From: Bacilli bacterium
GTDB lineage: Bacteria > Bacillota_I > Bacilli_A > ML615J-28 > CAG-313
Direction of reading: 5' to 3'
Assembly: GCA_017398545.1 (NCBI GenBank)
Contig: JAFQFT010000021.1
Location: 95,261-159,260, forward strand
DNA: 64,000 nt
A program made the position numbers and the translations under genes. The first letter of the stretch is position 1. The number at the start of each line of letters is the position of its first letter. The notes below the pieces were generated by a model. It made no database searches. It was not told the origin of the DNA and saw nothing but the letters and a program-made list of their open reading frames with translations. Below, one piece after another: positions 51,991-61,418 of the stretch.

Positions 51991-54900
51991 TATTTATTAC
52001 CTTCTTTTGCAAGTTTAATTATTTGTTCAATTACATCATCTAAGTTTTTATTAAGTTCTTCCATACAGTAGATATAAATATCCCAACCACGTTTTTTATA
52101 TTCATTTACATAATATATATAATCATCAACCATTGAATAACACATATCAGTTCTTTGACCATAAATAATAAATCCTAAGTTTTTATTGTTTTTCTTTATT
52201 ACTAGGTCAATATATCCTGGCCCTATTTCTACTTCAATACCTTTTTTAATTAAACGATTATATATTATTTTTGTAATACCATCAATTCTAAAATCAAGTG
52301 TTAATGATTTACCAATGAAATCATCAATTTTTTCCATTAAGATTTCATTCTTTTTACTCTTTCTTAAATCTAAATAACATAAATGAACTTCATGTTTTGC
52401 GGTAATATAATTACGTTTTACAAGTTCTAACGCAATATTACTTAAGTCTTCTAAATCTTCATACCACATATATGTATAGTCAGATAATCTATTCGATTCA
52501 TAATTTGTAGAAATGATTTTAATTGATAAATTAAGAATTTTAATTACATCTTCCATTGAGAATTCAGTTTTTAATCTATTCACTAGTAAGCTATAAATTT
52601 CTCGTCTTGTAGTTGATTTAGTTACTAAAACATTAATTGTTTTTTTATCAGGTTTTTCATAATGTTCTTTGAATTTCTCAATAATCATATCAGCCATTTC
52701 ACTTAATGAATTAACTTTATTTTTTTCAATAACCATTGATGGTGTATAAATATATTGATTATCAGTTTGCCAAATATTTCCAAACTCTGATTTCATTTCA
52801 ATATAACGTTTATGCAGTGGGATACACGTAAAGTTTTTATTTCTTTGCATTAGCGAGTTAGTTGCAGAAGATTGGAATGATGCATCCCCTAAAATAACTA
52901 CTTGACTAGCTTTATATAAATTAGAATATTTATTAGATGTTGATAAATGAGCATCATCTATAATTACTAAGTCAAAGAATGAAAAATCATTCATTCTATT
53001 AAATACATCAATATCTGCAATAAATATTTTCTTATAATGAGGAGTATTCTCCACAATTGAATTAAAAGGATCTACAAATGGTGTAATTTTAAATGTTTTA
53101 TATTTTTTATTTGAATATCCACTTATACGTTTTCTAAGTTCAAAAATGTTATTTTCACAATAGTCTTCTTCTTCTTGTGCAAACATATTTACAGTTTTGA
53201 CTAAATTAGAAATACTAAATTCAACATGTCCTTCTTTAAGCATATCATTATAATATTTGTTCATTGTTGAATATAAATATAATTCAGATATAATAGAAAT
53301 ATCATTATTAAAATAGCCATTTTGTAGTTTTTCAGCAAAGTCTCTTAATCCATAGTAATAATATGAATCTAAAATATGTTCAACACGATAAATAGGTTCT
53401 AATTGATCAAGTTTATTAACATATTCAGATAAGACTTTATTAATTTCTGCAAATGTTTCATTTTGTAAATCAAGTTTACCTTGATAAAAACAAATAGAGA
53501 ATCCTCTTAATGCATTATACCAAGATTCATATAATTCATCAAAATGAGCACAACTTTCCATAAACTCACTATATACTTTATCATTTAGTAATGCAACATA
53601 AATATTTTCTTTTGTAATTCCATCATAAGTTTTTAGTTTATTTATAAAGTTTCTAAAGTGTTCAACTGTCTGACCAAGTGTTATTACATCAGTGTCTTTA
53701 CCTAGGTAGCCATTACCATATAAAGTTTTATAGTATTCATCATTTTCTTCAAAGTGTTTTTTACTTTCAGTAAATTGTTTATCAATTTCAATTAGGTATA
53801 AAACATCGTAAGTAGTAATATTAGCACTATTTTTGAAATAAGATTTAATATTTTCTATTGCGACAAGTACTTGAGCTAAATATGGGATATATGATTTAAT
53901 TGATTTTACTGATTCAATAAAGTTACTTCCAGTTATACGTAAATTAAATGTTGCAAGACCTGTTTCTATTACTTCTAGTTCGTGTTGATTTTCTCTTAAA
54001 ATTACTAAGTCTTTAATTAAATCAGAACGTTTAAAGTTTTTAATAGATTGTGTCTTTTTAATAAATAAATTTAAGACAATTGTTTCCCAAGGTGTAAGTA
54101 AGTCAATAAAGTTTAAGAAAGATAAATAATTACCCCATGTATTTTCATCTAATATATTTAGTTTAGTTTCTTTTGGTAATTCAGCTTTTAATTCTGTTAC
54201 TTTTTCAAAATATAATTTTAAGTTTGTAGCTACTATTGAAGCATTAGTTCTATGTCTTTTTAAATCGTCTTTATTTAATAGACCTTTTACAATTTTTACA
54301 TAACGTTTACTATGTACAAGTTCATCCATTAGTTCATATGTCATTTCATTCATATTAAGGAATGGTTCTAATAATTGATACTGTTCAATAATTTGAGTAT
54401 TTATTTTATTTAATTTTTGTGCTTTATCACGTAGTAATTTAGGATTTAAAATAAACTCTTCAAACCAAGCATCATCAACATCTGTAGTTTCAAGTAAATT
54501 AAGTAATTTATTTAATAAAACAAATTGTTCACTACTTGGTGATTCAAAATCAAAGTAATTTTTGATTTTATCATAAATACTTATAGATTCTTTAACCCAG
54601 CGAACAGCTTTTGTATGTAGGTTTTCTACTAAATCAAAATTATTTAATAATTCATCAACATATTTAACATCACTAGAATTATGGTTAGTTATTTGATAAC
54701 GCTTATTAATGATTGATTTAAAATCATCCGCAATACTTCCAGTAACATATTTCTTAGTACAATGTGTATTATAGTAAGTAACACAGTTGTCATAGTAATC
54801 TACATAATGAGCAATTTTATGAAGTGCATCTGTATTTTTTTCAACAAACTCATCGCTTCCCCAAATAGGAAGTGGTTTATATATTTTAAAACTATTGATT

Positions 54901-56315
54901 TCTTCAATAATACGATAAAAAGCAGTAATACTATCAATTTTATTTAAATGATGTTTTGTAGCAATCTTATCAAGACATTTCATTAACTTTTTATTTTCAT
55001 CATAGAAAGTTTTAGTATGGTTCTTAATATCAGATGGAGTTAATGAGTTTTGACCAGATTGAAGTCTTGCCCACACATTAGTAGGAAGAGGATCTACATT
55101 TGATAAACATACTTCTACTTCTTTTAATGTTTTATATATATATTCAACTTCTTCACGATCTAGATTAGTTTCTAAATAAATTTTATCTTCTAATCCCATT
55201 GATTTTCTTGTCGCAAGTTTTTCTAAAATATAACTATATGGATATCCATGAAATTTTTTATGATATGTATCACGATATGCTGCAATTTCATCAATTACAC
55301 TTTCATCAAACTTATCATGAGATGCAACGTCTAGTGGTTTCAAATCATCTAAATTCCATACATTTTTAGTTAAATCATAAGCATATTGTTCAAATCCTAA
55401 ATATTTAATATATCTTCTAAAATCACTTATATTATCTAAATCTTGATTTACATATAGAACTTTTTTACCATCGTAAATTTTATCAGCAATAATATTTAAA
55501 GCCGTTGAGCTTTTACCTGCACCAAGTTTACCATCAATAACAATATTTTCTCCATTATGAGCTTTTAATATTACATATTTTTGTTCAATATTACTAGGCT
55601 TAATTGCGTGAACATTTTTAAAATATTTTTTAATTAATTCAATATCATTTATTTCAAAAATAGAACGTTGAACATTAAAGAAATTTTCTTGTTCAACATA
55701 GTCTGAATATTCTACTTCCATAAGGGATAAATAGTTACTTGTTTCAATTTCAAATCCCGTAATATCACGAAGTTTTATACAAACATTATCAAGTTCAAAT
55801 ACATTTTCTATTTTGTTATTAGCAAGATTAGTTAATTCACCTATTTGTTTATCATTTAAAAGTTTTTCTGATTTACATATTCTAAGTAACATTGTATTAA
55901 AACATGCATTACCAACAATTACTAATTCATGTCTAACATAATCAATTGAAAGTGGTATTAAAACAATCGGTGCAAACTTTTCTACACCAGTATTATCAAG
56001 ATATTTTGCGGTACCACAAGTAAGAATAAATTTAGAAGATGAAGACTTTTGATGAAGACTATATAAATAATTAAGTTGATAGTTAACATCATCATCTACT
56101 TCACTACTTATTCTACCAATACCATTTGCAGTAATATCAAAATAATATATTTCACTAAAAGCAACAGGATGACCACTAAAAAGCTTATCAAGAACTTTTA
56201 TATCAACATTACCAAGTTCAATATAATAATTTTCTTCTAAAATATTTACTAAATGTGTATTAATTGATTGAATATTATATTCATTAATTCTTCTTTCTTT
56301 TTCAATTTTACTCAT
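51990..56315 (-). CDS. Giant DUF4011-type SF1 (Upf1-like) helicase with C-terminal PD-(D/E)xK nuclease-like domain
   Basis: N-terminal DUF4011-like block (FAPIVLIPLSIDYVRHELVIVGNACFNTMLL), Walker A GKLGAGKSS, Walker B/motif III-like LVIIDDAHL...VVILGDASFQ, C-terminal GYIDLVIKK...GFIIYG. Probable start MSKIEK at 56315 (GAGGTG RBS, extended -10 TGTGATATAAT); the track starts at 56345. Stop overlaps the ankyrin gene start by 1 nt. Confidence 0.65.
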   Translation of the reverse strand: MSKIEKERRINEYNIQSINTHLVNILEENYYIELGNVDIKVLDKLFSGHPVAFSEIYYFDITANGIGRISSEVDDDVNYQLNYLYSLHQKSSSSKFILTCGTAKYLDNTGVEKFAPIVLIPLSIDYVRHELVIVGNACFNTMLLRICKSEKLLNDKQIGELTNLANNKIENVFELDNVCIKLRDITGFEIETSNYLSLMEVEYSDYVEQENFFNVQRSIFEINDIELIKKYFKNVHAIKPSNIEQKYVILKAHNGENIVIDGKLGAGKSSTALNIIADKIYDGKKVLYVNQDLDNISDFRRYIKYLGFEQYAYDLTKNVWNLDDLKPLDVASHDKFDESVIDEIAAYRDTYHKKFHGYPYSYILEKLATRKSMGLEDKIYLETNLDREEVEYIYKTLKEVEVCLSNVDPLPTNVWARLQSGQNSLTPSDIKNHTKTFYDENKKLMKCLDKIATKHHLNKIDSITAFYRIIEEINSFKIYKPLPIWGSDEFVEKNTDALHKIAHYVDYYDNCVTYYNTHCTKKYVTGSIADDFKSIINKRYQITNHNSSDVKYVDELLNNFDLVENLHTKAVRWVKESISIYDKIKNYFDFESPSSEQFVLLNKLLNLLETTDVDDAWFEEFILNPKLLRDKAQKLNKINTQIIEQYQLLEPFLNMNEMTYELMDELVHSKRYVKIVKGLLNKDDLKRHRTNASIVATNLKLYFEKVTELKAELPKETKLNILDENTWGNYLSFLNFIDLLTPWETIVLNLFIKKTQSIKNFKRSDLIKDLVILRENQHELEVIETGLATFNLRITGSNFIESVKSIKSYIPYLAQVLVAIENIKSYFKNSANITTYDVLYLIEIDKQFTESKKHFEENDEYYKTLYGNGYLGKDTDVITLGQTVEHFRNFINKLKTYDGITKENIYVALLNDKVYSEFMESCAHFDELYESWYNALRGFSICFYQGKLDLQNETFAEINKVLSEYVNKLDQLEPIYRVEHILDSYYYYGLRDFAEKLQNGYFNNDISIISELYLYSTMNKYYNDMLKEGHVEFSISNLVKTVNMFAQEEEDYCENNIFELRKRISGYSNKKYKTFKITPFVDPFNSIVENTPHYKKIFIADIDVFNRMNDFSFFDLVIIDDAHLSTSNKYSNLYKASQVVILGDASFQSSATNSLMQRNKNFTCIPLHKRYIEMKSEFGNIWQTDNQYIYTPSMVIEKNKVNSLSEMADMIIEKFKEHYEKPDKKTINVLVTKSTTRREIYSLLVNRLKTEFSMEDVIKILNLSIKIISTNYESNRLSDYTYMWYEDLEDLSNIALELVKRNYITAKHEVHLCYLDLRKSKKNEILMEKIDDFIGKSLTLDFRIDGITKIIYNRLIKKGIEVEIGPGYIDLVIKKNNKNLGFIIYGQRTDMCYSMVDDYIYYVNEYKKRGWDIYIYCMEELNKNLDDVIEQIIKLAKEGNK

Positions 56316-56401
56316 ACTGCACCTCGTGTAAACATACTTATACATTTATATTATATCACATTAATAAAAAAAAGCGATAAATTAGGAAAATTAATTTTTA
56401 A

Positions 56402-56433
56402 CTAAAAAAGAAGTAGATTTAATTCTACTTCTT
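56402..56433 (-). terminator. Rho-independent terminator between the lipoprotein gene and the helicase promoter
   Basis: AAGAAGTAG-N8-CTACTTCTT + U-run (minus strand). Confidence 0.55.
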
Positions 56434-56558
56434 AATTATTTATATGTTATCTATATCAAATTAAATTTTAACTAAACATATAACATCAAATAAAGTTTTT
56501 TAATATGTTATGTATTAATAATTCATCAACATTTAGATATCCATAATAAAGTTAGATA

Positions 56559-57254
56559 TTACAAATAGCATATCTTTTTGCAATTATAAAATGTATAGTT
56601 AAACTCAAACATTTTAGATTCTATGTCCTGTGATAAAGTATATTCATATCCAAAATCATTAAGCTTATATGTTTCAGTATAATAGTTTATTGTTTCAACA
56701 GTAATTTTATTTTGATTAAAATTATCTATTAAACTATTTTTATTAAATTGATTTTCTAAAACTAAAAATTTATCAAAGTCAATATTACATTCTTTACACA
56801 ATAGTTTTATTAATTCAATATCATTTTGCAAATCAATCTCAAGTAAATTTATATCATCTAAATTTTTACTATAAAAGGAAAACGAATAATGTAGCGTATA
56901 ACCACCATCAAACATTTGATATTTTTGAATTAATTTCATATTTGATTTAGAACAATTAATGTCAATATATGCAGTAATTCTTTCTAGATATTTAGGGTAC
57001 TTTTCATTATCTAAACCCCAAATTTCTTCCCAATCATAATATACAACCTCTGGCGTTTGAACTTCGATATTATATCCTTTACTAATCAATGAACTACTTA
57101 TTTTATTTAAATCTGTTTCAAATAATTTTAAAACTTCCTTTTCATCCACTTTAGATGATTTAACAGTACAACTAGTAATAAGGGATATCATTAACATAAT
57201 AATTAATAAATAAATCTTTCTCATTTTATTCATCTCCCATTTTTTCATAAACAC
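56559..57254 (-). CDS. Lipoprotein, unknown (second gene downstream of the RHS toxin cassette)
   Basis: Lipobox LITSC. Confidence 0.5.
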   Translation of the reverse strand: MFMKKWEMNKMRKIYLLIIMLMISLITSCTVKSSKVDEKEVLKLFETDLNKISSSLISKGYNIEVQTPEVVYYDWEEIWGLDNEKYPKYLERITAYIDINCSKSNMKLIQKYQMFDGGYTLHYSFSFYSKNLDDINLLEIDLQNDIELIKLLCKECNIDFDKFLVLENQFNKNSLIDNFNQNKITVETINYYTETYKLNDFGYEYTLSQDIESKMFEFNYTFYNCKKICYL

Positions 57255-58014
57255 TTATTGAAAAAACTTTTCTATAATTAGATTTACCAGTTTCTTGAAA
57301 AGCTCTATATATAAAAGACAAATCAGTATTTACATCTATATTAAATGAATATTCATATTCAACAAAAAAATCTCTTTCATTAACTTTATATTTATTTAAA
57401 TCAAAGTTTTCTCCAGTAAATTCAATATTTTGATTTTTATATAACATATTAACAAAATCATAGTCCCATTCAAAATATTCATTTATTACATTAAAAAAAT
57501 CATTGAATATCTCAAATTCACTTTTTTCAAAATATGAAGTATCACTATCATCGATACTAAAATCAAAAAAATTACTTTTAACATTACTATAAAAATCATA
57601 TTCATAAGAATAATAAAACAATAATTGTGGACCAGAAACCCTAATTGAATACTCTATTGTACCCATTAAAAAATTCCGTTTTTCAACTTCTCTATTTCCT
57701 AAGACAGTGTAAGGTTTTCCAATGAAATAATCATCAAAATTTTGAATATATATTGATTTGTTATCTTCATCTATTTGAATAACTTCATACTCAAAAAAAC
57801 AATTTTTCATCTTATTATAATCATTATTAACCATTTCTATTTTTTTATTTTTAATTTTCTCATTATTTTCATACATAATATTAGATTTAATGTATGAAAT
57901 AGAAAATTCAACACATGACACTGAACAGTTTACAAGTATAAGCGAACTAAAAACTGTAAATATTATTAAAACTATAAAAAAAACTTTTTTCTTCATGAAA
58001 ATATTCTCTCCCAT
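57226..58014 (-). CDS. Secreted protein, candidate immunity protein for the adjacent RHS C-terminal toxin
   Basis: Signal peptide (MKKKVFFIVLIIFTVFSSLILVNCS); start overlaps the toxin gene end by ~20 nt. Confidence 0.4.
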   Translation of the reverse strand: MGENIFMKKKVFFIVLIIFTVFSSLILVNCSVSCVEFSISYIKSNIMYENNEKIKNKKIEMVNNDYNKMKNCFFEYEVIQIDEDNKSIYIQNFDDYFIGKPYTVLGNREVEKRNFLMGTIEYSIRVSGPQLLFYYSYEYDFYSNVKSNFFDFSIDDSDTSYFEKSEFEIFNDFFNVINEYFEWDYDFVNMLYKNQNIEFTGENFDLNKYKVNERDFFVEYEYSFNIDVNTDLSFIYRAFQETGKSNYRKVFSISVYEKMGDE

Positions 58015-59342
58015 ATTAACTGATAAACATTTTTTCCTTGATCTCCTGGATTAATATCTACATGCATAGTAGCTTCAAGTCCTCTATTTTTCAAATCACC
58101 ATCTGGTAATCTAGTAGAATATAAGTAACCTTTGTTATGCTCTTGCCATTCATATACCATATCATCTACAGTTCGATACTCATTTGAATTCAATGCAGTG
58201 GGAACTTTATGACAATTATATAAAATCTCACAAAATTTATACATATCTTTTTCATTATTAATTAAATAAGAATTTTTTATTTTCCACGTCTGATTACTTT
58301 CATTCCATGTAGCATTAACTTCTGTCCCTTCGGAATCTATTTCACAACTGATATTTTCATTATTTATAATAGTTATATTATCATCTTTAATCAACTCTTC
58401 ACCTGAAGGAACTTGATTTTCAACTGTAACTATAGTAGCAACTACAGAGCATACAAGTGCAACAACAACAACAGTTATAACTATTGTAAGTCTAACGAGC
58501 CACTTTGCTATATTCCCATTCTCATCTATATACATTATTGGATTATTATTACAATACGTATATAGATTGCATCCATTAACACTTGATGTATCTAAATATT
58601 CTATTTCATCTTGTGATATCCATCTTATTATTTCTGGACTATAGTATCTAGATTTGCAGTAGTATAAATTAGTTTCTGAATCGAAATAATACCCTTTATA
58701 TCTATATGGATTTATTTCTGCTATGGCAGTTAAACTACTTATATTTAAGATATTTCCATACGCATCATAGATGTATTCACCTACTACTAATCCTTCTGAA
58801 TTTATTATTTTAACTATTTCACCTGTAAGTGTTCTTTGATAGTAATATGTTTCTTCATTATAAATAAATCCAAGTAATAAGTTATTTTCATCATATAAGT
58901 ATTGGATCTTATAACCTTCATTTCCTAATACTTCTTCTTCTATTATAAGACCATTATATACTTTGTATAATGTAGTTGTTCCATTTACTACTTTTTTAAT
59001 TCTTATTCCATCTGCATTATATTCATATGATATGTTATTATCTGTATTTATTAGTGATGTAAGGTTTCCATTTGTAAATGTAATAGTAAAATCTTTATAT
59101 TTATTAGGATTACCATTATTATAACTTACTTGGTAAGTTACACCATCAACTGTATACGAAATAAGTTCATTATATGAATTATATGTAAATGTTTGTAAAC
59201 TTGGTAAATTTGCATATTCATTTGTTTTTATAGCTCTTTCAATACTTGTAATATTTCCATATAAATCATAATCATATGTACAATTATATATTATTTCTTG
59301 ATTTTTTTCAACTATTTCATTAATTAGTATTTTCACATACAA
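57993..59342 (-). CDS. Orphan RHS/YD-repeat C-terminal fragment: last YD repeats + RHS core (...YTYCNNNPIMYIDENGN) + TM helix + ~150-aa uncharacterised toxin domain
   Basis: YD repeats (YDYDLYGN, YEYNADGIRIKK, YIYDAYGN), RHS-core block NPYRYKGYYFDSETNLYYCKSRYYSPEIIRW, DPxGL-equivalent DENGN, then hydrophobic WLVRLTIVITVVVVALVCSVVATIVTV. No RBS; a terminator hairpin lies immediately upstream. Confidence 0.7.
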   Translation of the reverse strand: MYVKILINEIVEKNQEIIYNCTYDYDLYGNITSIERAIKTNEYANLPSLQTFTYNSYNELISYTVDGVTYQVSYNNGNPNKYKDFTITFTNGNLTSLINTDNNISYEYNADGIRIKKVVNGTTTLYKVYNGLIIEEEVLGNEGYKIQYLYDENNLLLGFIYNEETYYYQRTLTGEIVKIINSEGLVVGEYIYDAYGNILNISSLTAIAEINPYRYKGYYFDSETNLYYCKSRYYSPEIIRWISQDEIEYLDTSSVNGCNLYTYCNNNPIMYIDENGNIAKWLVRLTIVITVVVVALVCSVVATIVTVENQVPSGEELIKDDNITIINNENISCEIDSEGTEVNATWNESNQTWKIKNSYLINNEKDMYKFCEILYNCHKVPTALNSNEYRTVDDMVYEWQEHNKGYLYSTRLPDGDLKNRGLEATMHVDINPGDQGKNVYQLIWERIFS

Positions 59343-59370
59343 AAAACACTAATTAAATTTCTAATTAGTG
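59341..59370 (-). terminator. Rho-independent terminator of the ClpC-like gene, ending 0-2 nt before the RHS fragment ATG
   Basis: CACTAATTA-N6-TAATTAGTG + UUUUUU (minus strand). Confidence 0.6.
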
Positions 59371-61292
59371 TTTATAGATTCTAATGTTTTTAAATTAGTA
59401 ATTTGATACTTTCCAATTGGTTTTAACAATGCTTGATAATATATATTAATTTGGTCTGTTATTGATAAGTTTTTAAATCCTTCAATGATAATTCCTTTTT
59501 TTAAGAGGTTATTAAATAGTTCATTTGATTCTTCAATTTTTGTGGTTATTATTAAATCTGAGTTTAATGTATTAGTTTCGTTATTTGTTATAAAACCTAC
59601 TTTATGTTTTAGTTCAGTTTTTTCTAAGATAAATAATGTATTTTTTAAATATACATATCTTGAATGGGGATCAATAATATAGTCTTTTTTAAATAAATTA
59701 TTAAAGAATGTTTTTAAATATGAATTAGTATTATCAAAGTTTTTTAGATATATTATACTAAATGGATATTTTAATAGATGATTGTATAGTATTCCACCTT
59801 CAGAGTATCCAACATAACCTTTTGATGAACCTATTAAGTTGGTTATTGATTCAGAATTTAAATAGTCATTTAAATCTAGTTCTAGAAAGTTTTCTTTTTT
59901 TAAACCAAATACTTTGTTTAAATCTTTTTGAAATAAGCCTTTATTAAATGATTTATCTACAGATACTATTCCTAAGTTTTTTAATATATTAATTGGTTTT
60001 ATTTTTCTTAAATATAATGTTTTAAACTCATTATAATATAAATTATAGTTTAATAGTTCGTTAATAGTAGGAATAGTTATTCCTTGATGTGAATTAATTA
60101 CTTCTTTTACAAGACTTTTTAAGTCTTTCTTTTCATATTTATATCTTGATAGTGTTTCATCTAAAACATCGATTGCTTTATCGGGGAATGTTTTATTCAA
60201 AATAAAGTTATCACATAAATCAGTTATATTTTCTAATAATTCATCAGATATATCAATATGATAAAAATCAATATAATTTTGTTTAATTCCTTTTAAGATA
60301 TCAAGTGTTTCTTCTTTGGATGGTTCATCAATAAAAATTGTTTGGAATCTTCTTGTTAATGCTTTATCTTTTTCAATATATTTATAATATTCATCTAGAG
60401 TTGTTGCGGCTATTAGTTTAAGTTTTCCTTTTGATAGATATGGTTTAATGATGTTTGCAGCATCTAGTGAACCATCGTTTGATCCTGCTCCTACGATATT
60501 ATGTACCTCATCAATAAAAAGAATTGCATTTTTGTTTATTACGTATTTAATCGCATCAGTAAGTTTTTCTTCCATTTCTCCTCGGTATTTTGTTCCTGCT
60601 ATTAAACAACCTAAATCAAGTTCATATATATCTATATCTATTAATTTTGTAAGTGCTGTAATTAAAGCGGTTTTACCTACTCCAGCTTGTCCAATTAATA
60701 GTGGATTATTTTTTTGTCTTTTGGATAAAATATATATAACTTGATTAATATAATCTTTTCTTTCAATATATGAGTGAAGTGGAATTTGTTTTGATAAATT
60801 TATTAAATAGGATGGTTCTTTTAATTCTACCTTATCTACTATAAAAAGTTGTTCTTCACAGAAATTAAATATATCACTAATATCTTGTTTTAATTGTTCA
60901 ATATTAATATTAAGGTTAATTAATGTTTGAGTACCCAGAGTGTTTTTATCTTCTAACATTACATAAAATAAGTGTTCATCATATACGTATTCTGATTTTA
61001 CTTCTTTTGCAAGATTAGTTGCGTTTAACACAAGGGTTTCAAATTCTTTGGAAAATACTTTTTGAGGAGATTCTTTTATTGTTAATTCATTATATGATTT
61101 GTATAAGTCATCTTGTGTAATATCTAATTCATTAAGTAAGAAATGACATATTGTATCATTAGCATTAAACATTGAAAGTAATAAATAAAATGTTGATACT
61201 GTTTCTACATCACTTGTTTGGCTATTTATTTTTACAAGGTTTTTGGCAGTTTCTATTAATTCTACTGCTCTTATGCTAAATGTTTCTAACAT
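59361..61292 (-). CDS. ClpC/ClpE-like AAA+ protein: Clp_N repeats + intact D1 ATPase + degenerate D2 (no Walker A, Walker B DE replaced)
   Basis: D1: GQAGVGKTAL, ILFIDEVHNIVGAG, RRFQ. D2 aligns to ClpC D2 (ITNLIGSSKGYVGYSEGG) but lacks GxxGxGKT, and the hhhhDE position reads IIYLKNFD. A VGF tripeptide (KHKVGFITN) is present. Confidence 0.7.
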   Translation of the reverse strand: MLETFSIRAVELIETAKNLVKINSQTSDVETVSTFYLLLSMFNANDTICHFLLNELDITQDDLYKSYNELTIKESPQKVFSKEFETLVLNATNLAKEVKSEYVYDEHLFYVMLEDKNTLGTQTLINLNINIEQLKQDISDIFNFCEEQLFIVDKVELKEPSYLINLSKQIPLHSYIERKDYINQVIYILSKRQKNNPLLIGQAGVGKTALITALTKLIDIDIYELDLGCLIAGTKYRGEMEEKLTDAIKYVINKNAILFIDEVHNIVGAGSNDGSLDAANIIKPYLSKGKLKLIAATTLDEYYKYIEKDKALTRRFQTIFIDEPSKEETLDILKGIKQNYIDFYHIDISDELLENITDLCDNFILNKTFPDKAIDVLDETLSRYKYEKKDLKSLVKEVINSHQGITIPTINELLNYNLYYNEFKTLYLRKIKPINILKNLGIVSVDKSFNKGLFQKDLNKVFGLKKENFLELDLNDYLNSESITNLIGSSKGYVGYSEGGILYNHLLKYPFSIIYLKNFDNTNSYLKTFFNNLFKKDYIIDPHSRYVYLKNTLFILEKTELKHKVGFITNNETNTLNSDLIITTKIEESNELFNNLLKKGIIIEGFKNLSITDQINIYYQALLKPIGKYQITNLKTLESINTN

Positions 61293-61418
61293 TTACCTTT
61301 TCTCCTTATCTTTTAATATACGATTTATTATATGATTAAAATAGGTAAATTATTATAATTTTAGAAATTGTTATTAATTTTTGATATACTATATATGATT
61401 TATTAAGGAGGTAACCCT

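Noticed and set aside
57993-61292. Single long rhs gene spanning the ClpC-like ORF and the RHS fragment (frameshifted pseudogene)
   Set aside because: The ClpC-like ORF is a coherent AAA+ protein in its own frame with its own terminator hairpin. The RHS frame upstream of 59342 overlaps it out of frame, so this is an independent short cassette, not a disrupted long gene.
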